A DNA stretch of 64,000 bases. It comes from Lingula anatina. Its lineage: Eukaryota > Animalia > Brachiopoda. The notes beneath the pieces were generated by a model. It worked only from the letters and a program-made list of their open reading frames with translations. It was not told where the DNA came from and ran no database searches. The position numbers were made by a program, and so were the translations under genes. The stretch is from contig CM120640.1 of NCBI GenBank assembly GCA_051362555.1, forward strand, positions 54,476,788 to 54,540,787. Direction: 5' to 3'. Shown piece after piece: positions 36,601 through 49,600 of the stretch (the stretch's first letter is position 1; each line of letters opens with the position of its first letter).

Positions 36601-37479
36601 TTTCAACTTTTAAGATACAGTTGGCAACTTTTCTGATATGTGTAGATACCAGCCTCATATATTCCCCCAAGATCAGTTGTATCAGTTACATCTAAAACTT
36701 ACTATCTCCTGATCAGTAAGAAAAAAAGGTGTTTTTCTCATTATTAAACAAGAGAATATTGTAATTTATACATTGTGTATTATTATTATAATTTCTTCCT
36801 TCCTATTTGTGTTCAGGTGTTTGCAGCCCTACATAAAAAGAAACAGCAAAGTCTTGTACAGGATTGGGTGATGCTGTCTTTGTCCAACTTCACACAGCGC
36901 ACCCCCATTGCTATGGCAATCTGGAGTCTGACCTGCTTCTTCATCAGTGCCTCCACCAACCAATGGCTTCGGGCACTGTATCCTTGTCATTGTGTAAAAA
37001 ATAAACAGTTTTGTTAATTTATTGTAAATTTATTAATTTTTTTTTAAATTTAGTTTTACTTATAATGTAATGCATGAACAACTATTACAAAGAATTGCAT
37101 CAAGTTGTTATAGTTAAAATGAATGTTCTCCAAGTCCTACATATTAATGTGATCAAACATTATTAAGTTATTTGTGACTTGCCAAACTTTGACTTACGTA
37201 CAAAAACCTCAGATTTTGCAGTAGATATACAAATAGTAAAAAATAATTTATCAGCAAATTTATCACCAATTTTCCTTAACATGTTAAAGTTTCCGTCATG
37301 TTGAGAGTAGAATGGGTAAGCTGGAGGAGGCAGACTGCCAGTTGTTCCATACTGCAGCACTGGACTTCTATGACCAGTTGTCAGAGGAAGGACAGCGGAG
37401 AGCATTCCAGTCCACTTTCCAAGCAGTAGGGCAGACAGGGTCTCCTTATGCTGACTTGGTGGCCAGCTGGACACACTGA
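9621..37479 (+). CDS. HTT: Huntingtin (54 coding exons, ~2979 aa)
   Basis: N17 [17 protein letters not shown]; conserved blocks [112 protein letters not shown]. Exons: 9621-9703, 9946-10156, 10503-10642, 10910-11048, 11325-11466, 11698-11879, 12253-12439, 12877-13551, 13709-13873, 14426-14628, 15053-15154, 15407-15507, 15853-16114, 16366-16526, 16799-16935, 17195-17330, 17593-17792, 18120-18424, 18684-18904, 19219-19294, 19530-19691, 19997-20052, 20314-20462, 20750-20883, 21406-21522, 22001-22123, 22262-22473, 22672-22814, 23059-23287, 26750-26852, 27025-27128, 27487-27595, 27803-27979, 28276-28352, 28628-28757, 29237-29356, 29524-29931, 30270-30447, 30726-30809, 31163-31297, 31546-31722, 31957-32212, 32439-32507, 32670-32766, 33105-33341, 33570-33725, 33905-34092, 34369-34483, 34813-34958, 35286-35353, 35725-35863, 36143-36305, 36817-36977, 37290-37479 (sum 8940 nt, phases consistent). 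Confidence 0.97.
19758..19814. repeat. Compound (TG)n/(TGCG)n microsatellite
   Basis: Alternating purine-pyrimidine run in HTT intron 21. Confidence 0.9.
23473..23527. repeat. 9-bp microsatellite (GCTCCGCCG)n near the 5' end of the HINE
   Basis: About six copies of ccgccggct, one variant ccgttggct. Confidence 0.85.
24431..26284. repeat. 146-bp tandem satellite, about 12.7 copies, inside the HINE element
   Basis: Unit start TATCTCCAAAACTGG recurs at 24431, 24577, 24723, 24869, 25015, 25161, 25307, 25453, 25599, 25745, 25891, 26037, with a diverged partial copy at ~26183. Confidence 0.96.
27539..27593 (+). repeat. Exonic tandem duplication (25-bp identical copies, period 30) in HTT exon 32
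   Basis: CACTCAAGATGCGACAATTTGGCAA at 27539-27563 and 27569-27593. Confidence 0.9.
28734..29055. repeat. 73/75-bp tandem repeat (~4.3 copies) spanning the 3' end and donor of HTT exon 35
   Basis: CCAAG|GTAGGCATACTTACAA recurs with GT at 28758, 28831, 28906, 28981, and a last CCAAG|GTCTCT at 29054. Confidence 0.92.
36978..37289 (+). other. U12-type (minor spliceosome) GT-AG intron, last intron of HTT
   Basis: 5' site GTATCCTT at 36978; branch point TTTCCTTAAC at 37271-37280, 9 nt before the end of the AG at 37288-37289; no polypyrimidine tract. Confidence 0.92.
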
Positions 37480-39770
37480 ACAGATTGAGGCCCTTAAAAA
37501 TGCATATTCTTAGACCTATATCATGTCATTCCTTAGTTAATCTCAGTGCACTTTGTAATGCGAAGTTATTTCTGAGTTTTGACAGAGAGGATTTATGTCG
37601 ACCCAGTTTGTTGCTGGACTGTTCTGTGGAAAAAAAAAGGAAATAGTATAATTGTTGTACAACATATCTTAAAAGTCTTATTCATTCGGGACGTGCTGAA
37701 TACCATAAAACTATTTATTAGGTTATATATATATCAAGAGAAGGTATAAGATCTTGCATTAAACAATTAGCAGATCTTTTCAAACTTGCATTATGTGGTA
37801 GGTGAAATAAGTTTCAATTTAATGGTTCAACTTTTACCATAGCTGGTATTAGATATTGTACTGCCTTGGAAGGTTCTTTATATTGGCAGCACTGCAGCCC
37901 TATTAGAGAAAGTGTGTTCAAAAATAAAATGTCATTGGTAATTGTACACTGTCAAGCTTTAATCATAGAAATGTTAAAGATGTAGTAGTGAAAACATATG
38001 GTGTTTGCATATTCAAGAACGAAAAATACATATATCAAAGCATTTCTATCATAGCAATGTGTATGGTTTACTTTCATTCTGGATGAAGTATTAACCAAGG
38101 AGTATTTCTGTATAGTAATATGGTTTATGTAACATTGCCCATTATACCTTGTTGTGGAAGCTGTGTGGAGTCTGTTATGGCTGCAGGCTCTTTAACTGTA
38201 TTAAATGGACCGCACCTGTTTTAACAGGAAAGGGTGATTTTTTGTTAATGTGTGTGGGAAAAGTGCTCTACAGTGTGCCACTGCTGCCCAGTATGCTGTT
38301 ACAGATGTCAGTAAGGTCTCAAATCTATAAATAGTTGTTGTGACTTATAAAAGGGCAGCTATTGTCAGTTGCATGCATAACAAATGCCAGCATATACTGT
38401 AGAAATTGCTGTTGTCAGATATGCATTATATTTCATTTTGCTGGTTGTTTGCAGTATGTTACTATTTTTAAACAAGATTTCCTTGTTAAATTTAACATAT
38501 ATTATTAGGTGATTCTTTTGAGCTTGAAGGATAAACATTGTGAAGACGCACAGGCCAAAATATACTTAATAGGTATGGAATGTTTAATGTATCATGATAG
38601 TTTTTCTCTCCATCAAATGGTTTTTTCTCAGTATATTTAAACACCAACAGTTAAAAGCAGGAAAATTGGAAATGAATTGAAAAGAACTAAATAAGCTCAA
38701 TTTATATTATGTTTATAAATTCTAAATGGGATAAGTTTCCTGTAACTAATATAAACATGTGAATGTGAAACACTGCCTTGTTTTGCCTAATGATGTGCTT
38801 GATCTCTGGAGGACAGCATTGATTCTCTTTGATTGCACGGATGGGCAGTAACATGCATGGTTTATATACTTTATAAAAGTGTTAAATGTGCAATCTAAAG
38901 GACCGTTACTTTGGAATAGTTTTGGGACTTAATTGACAGACCTTTTGGGGGAAGTTTAGTGTTGATACATTAACTGGCAAATTTCAAAGCATGATAGTTG
39001 GTGCTACTCCCCAGCTTGCAGTTAAAATTATATGTTCAACCCTGGCCTGTTTGTAAAGAATTTTTATCTCATTTTTCTCCTTGCTTCATTTCATTTATTT
39101 CTACTCTTCATAGGGAGTATAGATACAGAGAATTAATAGTTGATTCTAAAAGTATTAAATGAAAAATTCAAAATACAAAGCAGAAATTTCAAAGTAAATA
39201 TTATTTTTATTATTTATAATTGGAAAATGGAATAATGTCAATTGTATTGTTAACTGTTATAAAACTTTAATGTGAAATAAAAAATTACAATGTGTAACAT
39301 TATCAAAATTATTGTAACAAATGTGCAGAAAGCACTGCCTGTTATCTGGGATATGTGTTATTTTGGATAAATAATTCTGCGGCACAAATATTTAGATTAC
39401 CCTCAGCTACATTGCAAAAATACTTTTGAAAATGTTTGGTTCCCTGATGTGAGCACAACAATACTGTCCTGTATAGTGAACCTGTACAGTACCCACTTGG
39501 ATGTTGCATCACTTTTAAGAAGCCCTCTTGAAATCTTTTAATTGTCTTTGTATCAAAATTTTCACTTTCAACAATACTGCCAAATGTTACTAGGGTGGCA
39601 GTGTATGATTCAGGGACTTATTACTATATAGATACTTGCATAGCACTGCCCGACTTTACGGTGTGGCTGCGTGACATAATTTGATAACTGCTGACCTATG
39701 AACATTTAAATTGTCTGTAACTGCATTACTTTCATTTTGCCTCACGAGTTTGAAAAAAAAAAAAAAAAGA

Positions 39771-42700
39771 TCAGCACAAATCCAAAGTTGTAGAAGTGGC
39801 AGGTCTTTTATTAGGAGAATTTGTTTTCCTTTTAAATCTAGCAACAAGTCCCTCTCTATGGTTTTGAAGACTACTCGCTAACAGCTGGAGTGCTTTCCTC
39901 ATGTACGGTGTCAGACCTCCAACACTGCAAAAATTAAAAACAATAATCACTCAAAAAATACTTTACTATTTTTACAACTGGATAACATTTGTGAAGACAC
40001 AGTATATATATTTGCAATCATCTTAGTGTTTATTGATGCTAAACTATTTATACATTGTTAAAAATACCTTCAATAAGCACTAATAAAACTCCACATGGGA
40101 CACAATACAGATGGAATGATTTACTGGCTATTTGTGATATGTTTATTATTATTTTATTTTATTATTTTTTAAAATTAAAAATTCATGTAAAATTTTCTCA
40201 TATGTATTTGGATATCATTATGTACCTATTGTGAAGTCCACATTTAATACTCCAAGTTTTAAGAATTTTGATCAATGAAAGCACCAGCATTAGTCTTGTG
40301 AAACCATCAAGCCTGTAAAAAAGATATGATTCTCTCTGAAAATAGCTAGCTATGACTGAAGTAACAAACTTAACAAATCGAAATGAAGATGTAGAAATGA
40401 GGCTAAGGTTACAGAATAATTTACAGCAGTAAAATACTTTTAACTACTATTTTATTTTTTTCTTATAACAGACAAAATATTCATGAGTACCATTTTGTAA
40501 CAAAAGACCTTACCACTTTTTCGTTCTTCTGTTAACAGGAATCACTGTTAAAGCAATTTTGAGAGGGAACTTCACTAGAAATGTATTGCAAACATATGCA
40601 CAAAACCCAACCAGCACGCTATCCACATAAAAATCATGACGCAGTCTCTGTTGTAACAAATTCTGAAATGACAGTCATAGTGAATACTACATTAGCTGTA
40701 ATAAATTAATACTGCCCCACTTAACACTGTCTGGTAAATATTAAATTTAACAAATAGAATATAACAAATTATTATATTTTAATTTCAGTCTTTTATAAAC
40801 CATCTGAAAAAAATCTACATATTTACAATATGAGCATTTTACTATGTTCCTAAAATTCATCATGTCAAGACCAAAAGAATTTTACTGGACTCGTTAAAAT
40901 GTCTACTATTACCAGTCTGACTGTCTTGTGGCTTATATGCTAATTACATACACAGTAATTGAGAAAAATAACTAAAGTATGCATAAATATATTATAAAAT
41001 TCAAAGGCCATTAATGCACTGTTCTTTTTAGATTTAAAAATCTTTATATATTCCCCAAATCATGCCTTTTTAAGTGTTGTAAAGAGTAATTTGTTTCCTT
41101 TTACAGACAAATGCATTTATGTTCCATTTGTTCACAAGGTATCATAGTTTGTGTTCACTTACGTTGACCATTTCTTGCTGTTTTGCAAGGACACTGTTTT
41201 GTTTCTCTATTGCTTCCCTGTTTTCTAAGATACTGGCATCCAACAGAGCTTGCTGGGCATCCAGGGAAGTAGACAATCTGTCAGATACTTGCCTCTGAAG
41301 ATCAACTTCCACACTCAAACTTTGCACAGAATTATTCAAATCATCTGCAAACAAGTAGGTAATAATAATTAGCTTTGCCAAAAAAGATACTTATATTATA
41401 TGGCACAAACAGCATAAAAGTTAATGCATCCATCAAGGTTTGCCACGAAACTTTTTCCGTGTTTTGATCAATGTCAAACTTGTGACCAGAGTAATCTTGA
41501 AAATAGTCCCATGAGAGACTTCCAAATTACATGGCCCTAGCTCCACTAATCAAATTATCTGTGATAACTTTGGATAACAGACTGACTAAGAGATGTCTGA
41601 GAGCAACTTTTTAACAGATCCCATCTTCATCTTGTTTTTATCTATTTTATTATTTTTCTTTCATTTCATTTCTATATATCATATTCGTATAACGTTTCAA
41701 TGAAATGGTAGGGCAAGTAGAAGGAGTAAGTAATATAATTTGATAATGCTGAAATACTAATAAATAAATAAATAAATAAATAATTTTTACTCACCAATGA
41801 CAACTGCCTGTCTCTGAACATTATCACATAACCTATGTAACTGCCTATGACCTTCCACCACTGCTTGCTGCAAAGAAGAAAAACTTACAGCACACTTAGG
41901 AAAGATACTGGGTGTACTGGTGAGTGTTAGGTTCAAACACTTTTGACACATGTATTGATACTGAAGATTGATTGTGATCATACCAAGTTAGTGTGATAGA
42001 AGCATCCAATGTAGATCTAGTCATGTTTGGCAGTGCAAAGCAAGAATGTGTTTCAGTTTAGAAAAGTCAATTATGTGTAACACAATTCAATTTTCTCATA
42101 TACATTAAATTCAGAAGCTGTACATCATATAAATATAAAAACAAAACAAAAAAATTATTTTCCATTTCTAGAAATTTAAATTACCTCTACATGTTTGTGC
42201 TTCATGTAGTTTGCAACATTGACAAGGTAGTTGACAGTGCCCAGTTGTGAATGCACCCTGTTGATCACCTCTTGTCTCTGGAATGCTGTGGCTATATTCT
42301 CTAGCACACCAGGATGGGGAACATTATGGAGACCCCCTTCATCTGGCCTGGCCAACTCGTTACCAGCACTCGGAAAATAAGGAACGCCTTGAAATAATAA
42401 TAATTAATGCATTACTTGAACTGTAATATAAGGAGTAACAAATGGTTGATAATTAAAATCTTCATCAAATAAAAAAAAAAGTTATTATTCAAAAACAGTA
42501 CTGCTTTATGTATTTATTGATAAAAATCGTTTGCATGTCATGTCATTGGTAAGATTAAAGGTGTAAAGATTTTCAAATATTTTCAGAAAATTGTTTGGAT
42601 TATCAAATGATTTCAATATTAACTTAGATTAAAGGTGTAAAGATGTTTTCTAATATTTTCACAGAATTTTTTGGACTATCAAATGATCATCAATATTAAC

Positions 42701-43284
42701 TATGATTATGATTAAGATTTTTAATTTAAAACCAAATTCATAGCTTTTCATGTGTGCTAGGTAAAGAAATGCTTTTATGACACTGATACCTAAAGTGTTC
42801 TGCATAGGTTCTGATGCTAATATTCCTGGTGCTACAAGTTCTTGTGCACGTGATGTCAGTTGTCTTCCGCTCTCTAACCAGGAGGAAACACTGTTGCCCA
42901 CATGAGATATACCATGAAGAAAACGGGAGGGAGAAGGCACTAAATTCCATGTCCCATGGGGCATCACTGAAAAAAGTGTTGTGCAGTCAATAGCCATCCC
43001 AAAGTAATGCTACAGGGCTAATTTTGAAACTGTCTTAATACAGTTTTAGCCTACCTAATTTTCATCGGTTTTCTGTGCTATCATGAGGGAGGGTTCACTG
43101 TAAGCAAGGAGTTACTGTACATCTCGTTTTACATGATGACGATGGTTATGTGGTCAAATACCATTGCATTAGTAATAGTACTCAGGCATAATTACATGTA
43201 CCAGTATTTCTTGAACGTGCCAGTAATTGGATACTCACATCCCGGCTCTCCCTCCATCAGGGATCCAAAATCTGGTTCCAACAT
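39771..43284 (-). CDS. Uncharacterised protein (~356 aa, 8 exons) with central coiled coil and two C-terminal hydrophobic segments
   Basis: GT-AG exons 43284-43239, 42966-42790, 42387-42185, 41867-41795, 41344-41163, 40662-40514, 40312-40226, 39924-39771 join with matching phases into 1071 nt ending TGA. Gln/Leu-rich helical region (DDLNNSVQSLSVEVDLQRQ...AKQQEMVNNLLQQR), then FYVDSVLVGFCAYVCNTFLVKFPL and LMLVLSLIKIL. No family recognised; start codon uncertain. Confidence 0.8.
42552..42701. repeat. ~75-bp two-copy tandem duplication in intron 2 of the unknown gene
   Basis: agattaaaggtgtaaagat...tatcaaatgat..tcaatattaact occurs twice in tandem. Confidence 0.8.
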
Positions 43285-43690
43285 TTCTATTTCGTCATGG
43301 TGAGCTTTGAGATGTCCACAAACGAAAAGATTGTTTACCGACAGATATGTAAATGCGTACTACATACGCAAATGAACACTTGTGATTGGCTAAGATTAGC
43401 TCAAACTTTCAATGACGTACCCCATCGTATTAGTTTAAGATATAATTATTTTAATCATATAAACATTCACTGAAATATATTATCAGTTATTTTATTTAAA
43501 AACATGTTGTAAATGATGTATGATGCTTTATTAAATCTTATATAACTGTATCATTTCACTTAAAAGGATGGAAATATGTAGTAATTTTGCTTTCGTATCT
43601 CTTTCGAGTGTGATGTGTCATGGTCACACCTCCCAAAGTGTGTCAAGGTGAAGGTTGGGCATTGAAGTTGAACAAAACAAATGCGATTTC
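43285..43690. promoter_or_regulatory. Probable bidirectional promoter of the unknown gene (-) and RPIA (+)
   Basis: About 400 bp between divergent ATGs; reverse CCAAT box (GATTGGCT ~43384) and TGACGT (~43413). Confidence 0.55.
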
Positions 43691-46600
43691 ATGTGGCGTG
43701 CAGTTCTTACACGAGGAAGCAGTCTTATAACCCTACATAATATAAAAGGGTGTTCTTTTAAATATTTTAGCACCGAAATGGACAGTATTAAACTTGGAAA
43801 GAAGTCTGCAGCTTACATAGCTGTAGACGAAAACATACAGGTAAGACAGCACAAAATTTAATACAATGTACAATGCCTATGTACATTGACATTATACTGC
43901 GTGTAGTACATGTACTGTGCCTGCTTATTACGTATTACAGTACTGGACTGAACATCTTTGACGGTTTGTACATTGTACAACTTAGGACGTACATGTACAG
44001 ATCACTGACTGGCTCATCTAGAAGTTTACTTGTTCAAATGACCAGGGAGTACAGTACATGCATACATTTGTAGCACTCTGATAAATGTTTTGCAGATATA
44101 TTTTTATTGTACATGAACCTGAAAGATATCAATGAAAGGATGGTGATAAAAAATTCAAACAACATTTTTTCATAAGCTTTTGATTTTTCTCCTCATATCT
44201 AACCTTAAGCTTACGAGTTGCATATTTCTTGAAATTTAAGAGAAAATCTGTTCACCGCAATGTTGGGTCTTGTTAATCAATCCTACCAAATCCTGGCATC
44301 CATCAATCCCGCCATTTGTGCTCAGTTACAGAAAGTGTGAAGATGAAGAATTGGTCTTACAGAGTATCATTAAAACATATCAAAATTTTCTTCAGATGTA
44401 CCTTATTATCTTTTCTATAGCATAAGCCATTCATTTTCAAGAAAGAGTTATATAAGCATAACTTTTGGGACATACATGATGTACAATTGCCAATTTTTTC
44501 ACATGTGATCTATATCAAGAACTCCTGAAAAATTATGAATGTTTAGGGTACTTGGCATTGAGATACTACAGATATTTGCATCTGGGATGCTAGCCTAAAA
44601 AAGAAAATTCTCCTCAAGGTTGTGATTCAGCATTACTTACTGTGTGATTATTGTAAAGATGGCATGTTGGCAGATAATATATTAGTATGTTTAATGCATC
44701 ACATGCTTGTCTGGTCCACATATCAGTACCTTGCTTTTTGTGGTGTCAGAAACTCTTTAACATGCAGGGAGCACTTTTGAAGTATATCTCACTGTCTAAC
44801 TGACCTAAAAATATTATTCAAATTATCCACACTGAACAGGCTGTTGTGCTTCATTCCTATGACAATAGTAAAACAACAAATCCAGATGTTTGCTCGTAAG
44901 TGTATTGTTACTTAGGCTCTATTCCCATAGATTTTAGATCGCTCTATCCCCGCGGGAAGTCTCACTAGATTACTTTCAGATAATCCGACTTAAATGTCCG
45001 TCCCGCCTACTACAAGCTGTAAGGGGGTAATTAACTTTCGTGTCCGCCTGGCTGACAGCTATTTAGCGTGAACCCCCAGGGAGTTAGGTCGATCTAAAGT
45101 AGGTTGATCTAATCTATGGAAATGGGGTGTTATACATATATTGTGTTTAATGTGGAAAAAATGTTTGAATCATATAGTTCCTCCTCTTTCTCAACTGGAT
45201 CCTGTTTTGTATACATGATACTCTGGCATAATCTGATTTCTCCAAACATGAGCTTTTTCCATGGAAATATGGAATTCCGCTTTTTAAATTCAATTCTAAT
45301 GGTTCCTGAGATTCGTCAAGATCTGCGATAAAATCTGGTTCAGAGGTTTTTTAAAGGCTCATGAGTGTTTCTCTCAAATATTGGATAGCAAAGGTATCTT
45401 TTGAGAGAAATAAATAATGTCAGTTTTTCTAAAATTTATTTAATGCATTTTTTACACTGTGATGAGGCATTACTAAATAAGGAATACTTGCAAAGCTGTC
45501 ATCACAGTCAGTAGCACCTTTTGTGAACTACCTATTTTAGTAGTATTAAGGCAATCTTAGGAAATTCAAATTCAGACATCATACCAGCTGGGCCGATCCA
45601 ACTGCAGGGATTCTTGCAAAAATGCAATCTCCGAGCAGCTTAGGGGTAATTCAACTGAGCGCACACAGAAGTTAATTACCCCCTAGCTGCTCAAGGAGGT
45701 GTGACAGTCAATTAAGCCGATTAGATTGATTGCACTTTAGCAAGAAACTCCCACAGAGTTGGATTAACCCAGCTGGTACAATATCTGAATCTGAACGGGT
45801 CTTAGATACTTCTGTCACATTTCAAACTATTTTATCCAATAAAGACAAATCATTTTAGGGCACATGCAAACTGCCTGTCTGGGAGTACCAATTCTTTCAG
45901 GAGAACCATGAGGGTGACTGGAAGGCCATTGTCATGTTTGGATAGGTCTGAATAGTGGCATCAAGTGCATGGCCAATCCTTAAAGGATTGCTTTTGTACA
46001 GAGGAACATGACTGTGACATTTTATGTTTATTTTGTGGCTTCCTGTTATTTATGTACACAATATTGGAAATTGAATAATCACATAATACTAACAAAAAGA
46101 TTTTTTTTGTTTGGATTCATGGTTGTTATTTGATGTCCTTTCTTTAAACATGTAGCTTATACAACTGAAGAAGACTGCATGAAATTATGTTTATTCAAAA
46201 TTAGAAGCAGGTAGAGTAAGGGTGAGTTCTATGTCAATATTTTGAATAATATACATGAAGATATGCAGGTTTGTTTATAATAGATATGTATATCTAAATT
46301 TTATAATTTGATAACATCCATTTTTCAGGATAACCAAATAATAGGAATAGGCTCAGGATCAACAATAGTATATGCAGCAGAACGAATAGGTAAATTTTTT
46401 TATAAACTCATTGACATTTCGTTTAAAAATGACAACAAGTTGGGAAGTTGTGAATTCAATTTCATAGAAGGCTCCATAAGCATAGCAATCACAGAATGAA
46501 AACCCCATCTAATGCTATGCTGAATAAGCATTCATTCTGACTGTAGTGTGCAGAAATCTTCACAAAATTTTTGCTTAATATCCTATGCTTCAAAATAATT

Positions 46601-49600
46601 ATAATGCAAAGGTGAATAAGCCCATATACAAAGTGTACTGAATTTTTATCTTATTGAGAAGAATGACCTACATGATAAGAAAATGCAACAAGCACTAGTA
46701 TATTGATAGTTGCTATGTAGATTAAGCATGTGGGCTGCTTTTCATTTAACTTCGTTTCAAACAAAATTTGTCGATTGATATATTTTAGTTAAGTTGAAAA
46801 CCTTGTAGAACTTGGTATTTTTGTGGGAATTTTAGAATGAAAAGAAAGAGTACTGTATCTTTTTAACAATAGTCCTTTTATGTATGAATTGCCTTTTTAG
46901 TCAGCCTCCTTGCAAGTCATGATCTACAGGCATAATGGTGCATTAATTTAATGTGAAGCCATGGCTGAGTATATTACTACATGTTCTCTAGCCTTGTCTG
47001 TATGTCCATAATGTTCCAGTTGTAACTTTGTCAGATGCTTGTTTTTCATCCATTAATCATTAAAATTATAGACTCATACAAGCTAAATCAACTACTTTGT
47101 AGCTATTTATAGTGCTCAACAGATGAAGATTAACTGTGACAAATGTTTTTTACAGCTCAGAAAGTAAAAGAAGAAAAACTGAAATTGGTTTGCATTCCAA
47201 CCTCATTTCAGGTAACACTTATTATTCTTTTTGGGCCATTTACATTTAATTTATACCAAATGCAACACAGGGTAACTCCTGCTCTCACCACCAACACCAA
47301 CCTTTTCTTGAACCAAGCAAATAATTTCTTCCTCTTCTTCCATTATAGTAACTATAAAATTTTTTTGATAATTCTCATAATATTTTTTTCATATTAAGCA
47401 TATTAAATAAAGGGTGTGAAGCTATAAAATGTTGATTATCAAATATTATGAGGGGTCATCCATTTTTATCGTTATTATAAATAGTAGACTTTGCCAGGCC
47501 TCCATGCAGAGAGTACAAAGTGAAAATCTAACAATGATGACCATTGGCAACAATTGGAACATCAATTTTTTAATTTTTCAAAAGCTTTAAGGGCCTTAAT
47601 ACCCTTCTCCCTGCCCCCCCCCCCCTTTGTGGTTTGTAGGCTTGTGAAAATTATGATAAAAACTTTTTGTTGTTCGTACAAACTTTGCATTACATTTTTG
47701 TCAAAGATATGTTTTAAGTTGTATTTTCCCCACATGTTTAACATCTAGTTTTATAAATACATGTTCATGTGATGTATTTTCTATAATTTAGGCCAGACAG
47801 TTAATTTTAGATAATGGTCTGACACTCAGTGACTTGGAGAGAAATCCAGAGGTTTGTTTTGTCTTTTGATGATTCTACAGCATGGTCTCATTTGAATTTA
47901 TTTCATAATGTCTAACATATTATCAAAACTATCTTCTATGAATAGAGTTATTTCCTGAGTTCATTTTATTACTAAATATTTGACCTATTATCTACTTCAT
48001 AAGTGTAATGGAATTGTGCCATAAAACATTTGTACCAGACGGCTTTTGAGAATTATATATTAAGTAACTGGTCTTGTGTTATTTCCAGTTGGATGTGGCT
48101 CTTGATGGGGCAGATGAAGTAGATTCCAGATTTAATCTAATCAAAGGAGGAGGAGGATGCCTTACACAAGAAAAAATCATTGCATCATGTTCAAAGAAGT
48201 TTATTGTCATTGCAGACTTCAGGTAAATGCCTTGTATCTTCCATTTCATGATACATGTCTATACATGTGTATGTGAATTCATAACCAGTATTTAATTGCA
48301 TGTCACATAAAATGTAATATAGGGTGTTGTTACATGATTACAAATTGTGGCACTCACTGATGAGCACATAGTCACATAAAGTACTTATAGCCGTAAGCTA
48401 CACACTGAGTCACTGCTCATAGCATTTTTTTAAATTGGGCATATGAAGCAATCTCCAAAGCTTTTTTTTTTTCAAAAGATCAAACATATCCCTAAGATAA
48501 CCTCACCCGAGGTCAGTAATTGAATATATTCTTCTGTTTTAGACAAGATGCAAACAGATGGTTTATTTTTAGTTTTACTCCATTTTTTATTTACCTAGAA
48601 TATAGAACAAAATATTTTTAAAAAATGTTAAAGGTAACTTTTGTTTTCACCCCTTAGGAAAGATTCTCAAGTCTTGGGAGAACACTATACAAGAGGGATC
48701 CCTATTGAAGTTATCCCTATGGCATACAAGCCTATTATGAGGAAAATTAAAACACTGTATGGAGGTTCTCTAGAGCTTAGAATGGCCAAGGCTAAAGCTG
48801 TAAGTACATAGGTTAAGGACTATAATTGTAATGTTTATAATTCTTCATAGTTAAAGAGGTTTTAAGATATTTAGGTTATTTTTCTCATTATATTGAGAGT
48901 CAAACATTATTTATGAATTCAATTCAGAAGTGCATACTGTATAAGTCATCCAGAACTACATTTCTATTTTCATACAAATTCAGGGGCCCTTGATAACAGA
49001 TAATGGCAATTTCATCATAGACTGGAAATTTGAAAGTGGAGACCATGACTGGAAAAAAGTGAACACAGAATTGCTAATGATTCCAGGTAATATTATTGTC
49101 AGATATTATGGACTTTTAAAGCACTTTTTAACATGGTTATTGATACAGTACCAAAATTCTGTGTGACTAACTTAGTAAAGTGTAATTGAACCCTTACAGG
49201 CAGATTTCACCTCTCAAATATTTTTTGGAATAGAATCTGTATAATTTGTTGCTTGTCATAAATAAAATTAATGAATAATTATAAACAACTAGCTGATAGC
49301 CGTCACATCAATCACTGAACCGTAAATGATATATATTTATAACAATAATCATTAAAAAAAATAATAGAAGAAAAAAACCGGACTGAGTGGGAATCGAATC
49401 CACTTTATTCTGTTTGGCAGCATTACTACGCGGCCAGAAAATCCTGCTATCTGATGTATAGTGTTATTGACAATATATGATACCTGTCACACATGCTGAA
49501 GCTTTATGGAAATTGCCGAAGGCTATGAAATGCCTTCAAACTATACTTTTAACAGTTATAATCAAATTTAAACTATGGCCACTATCTTCCCACTGCCCTA

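Noticed and set aside
49379-49440. Possible tRNA gene
   Set aside because: Only degenerate A/B boxes and no consistent cloverleaf; at most a SINE remnant.
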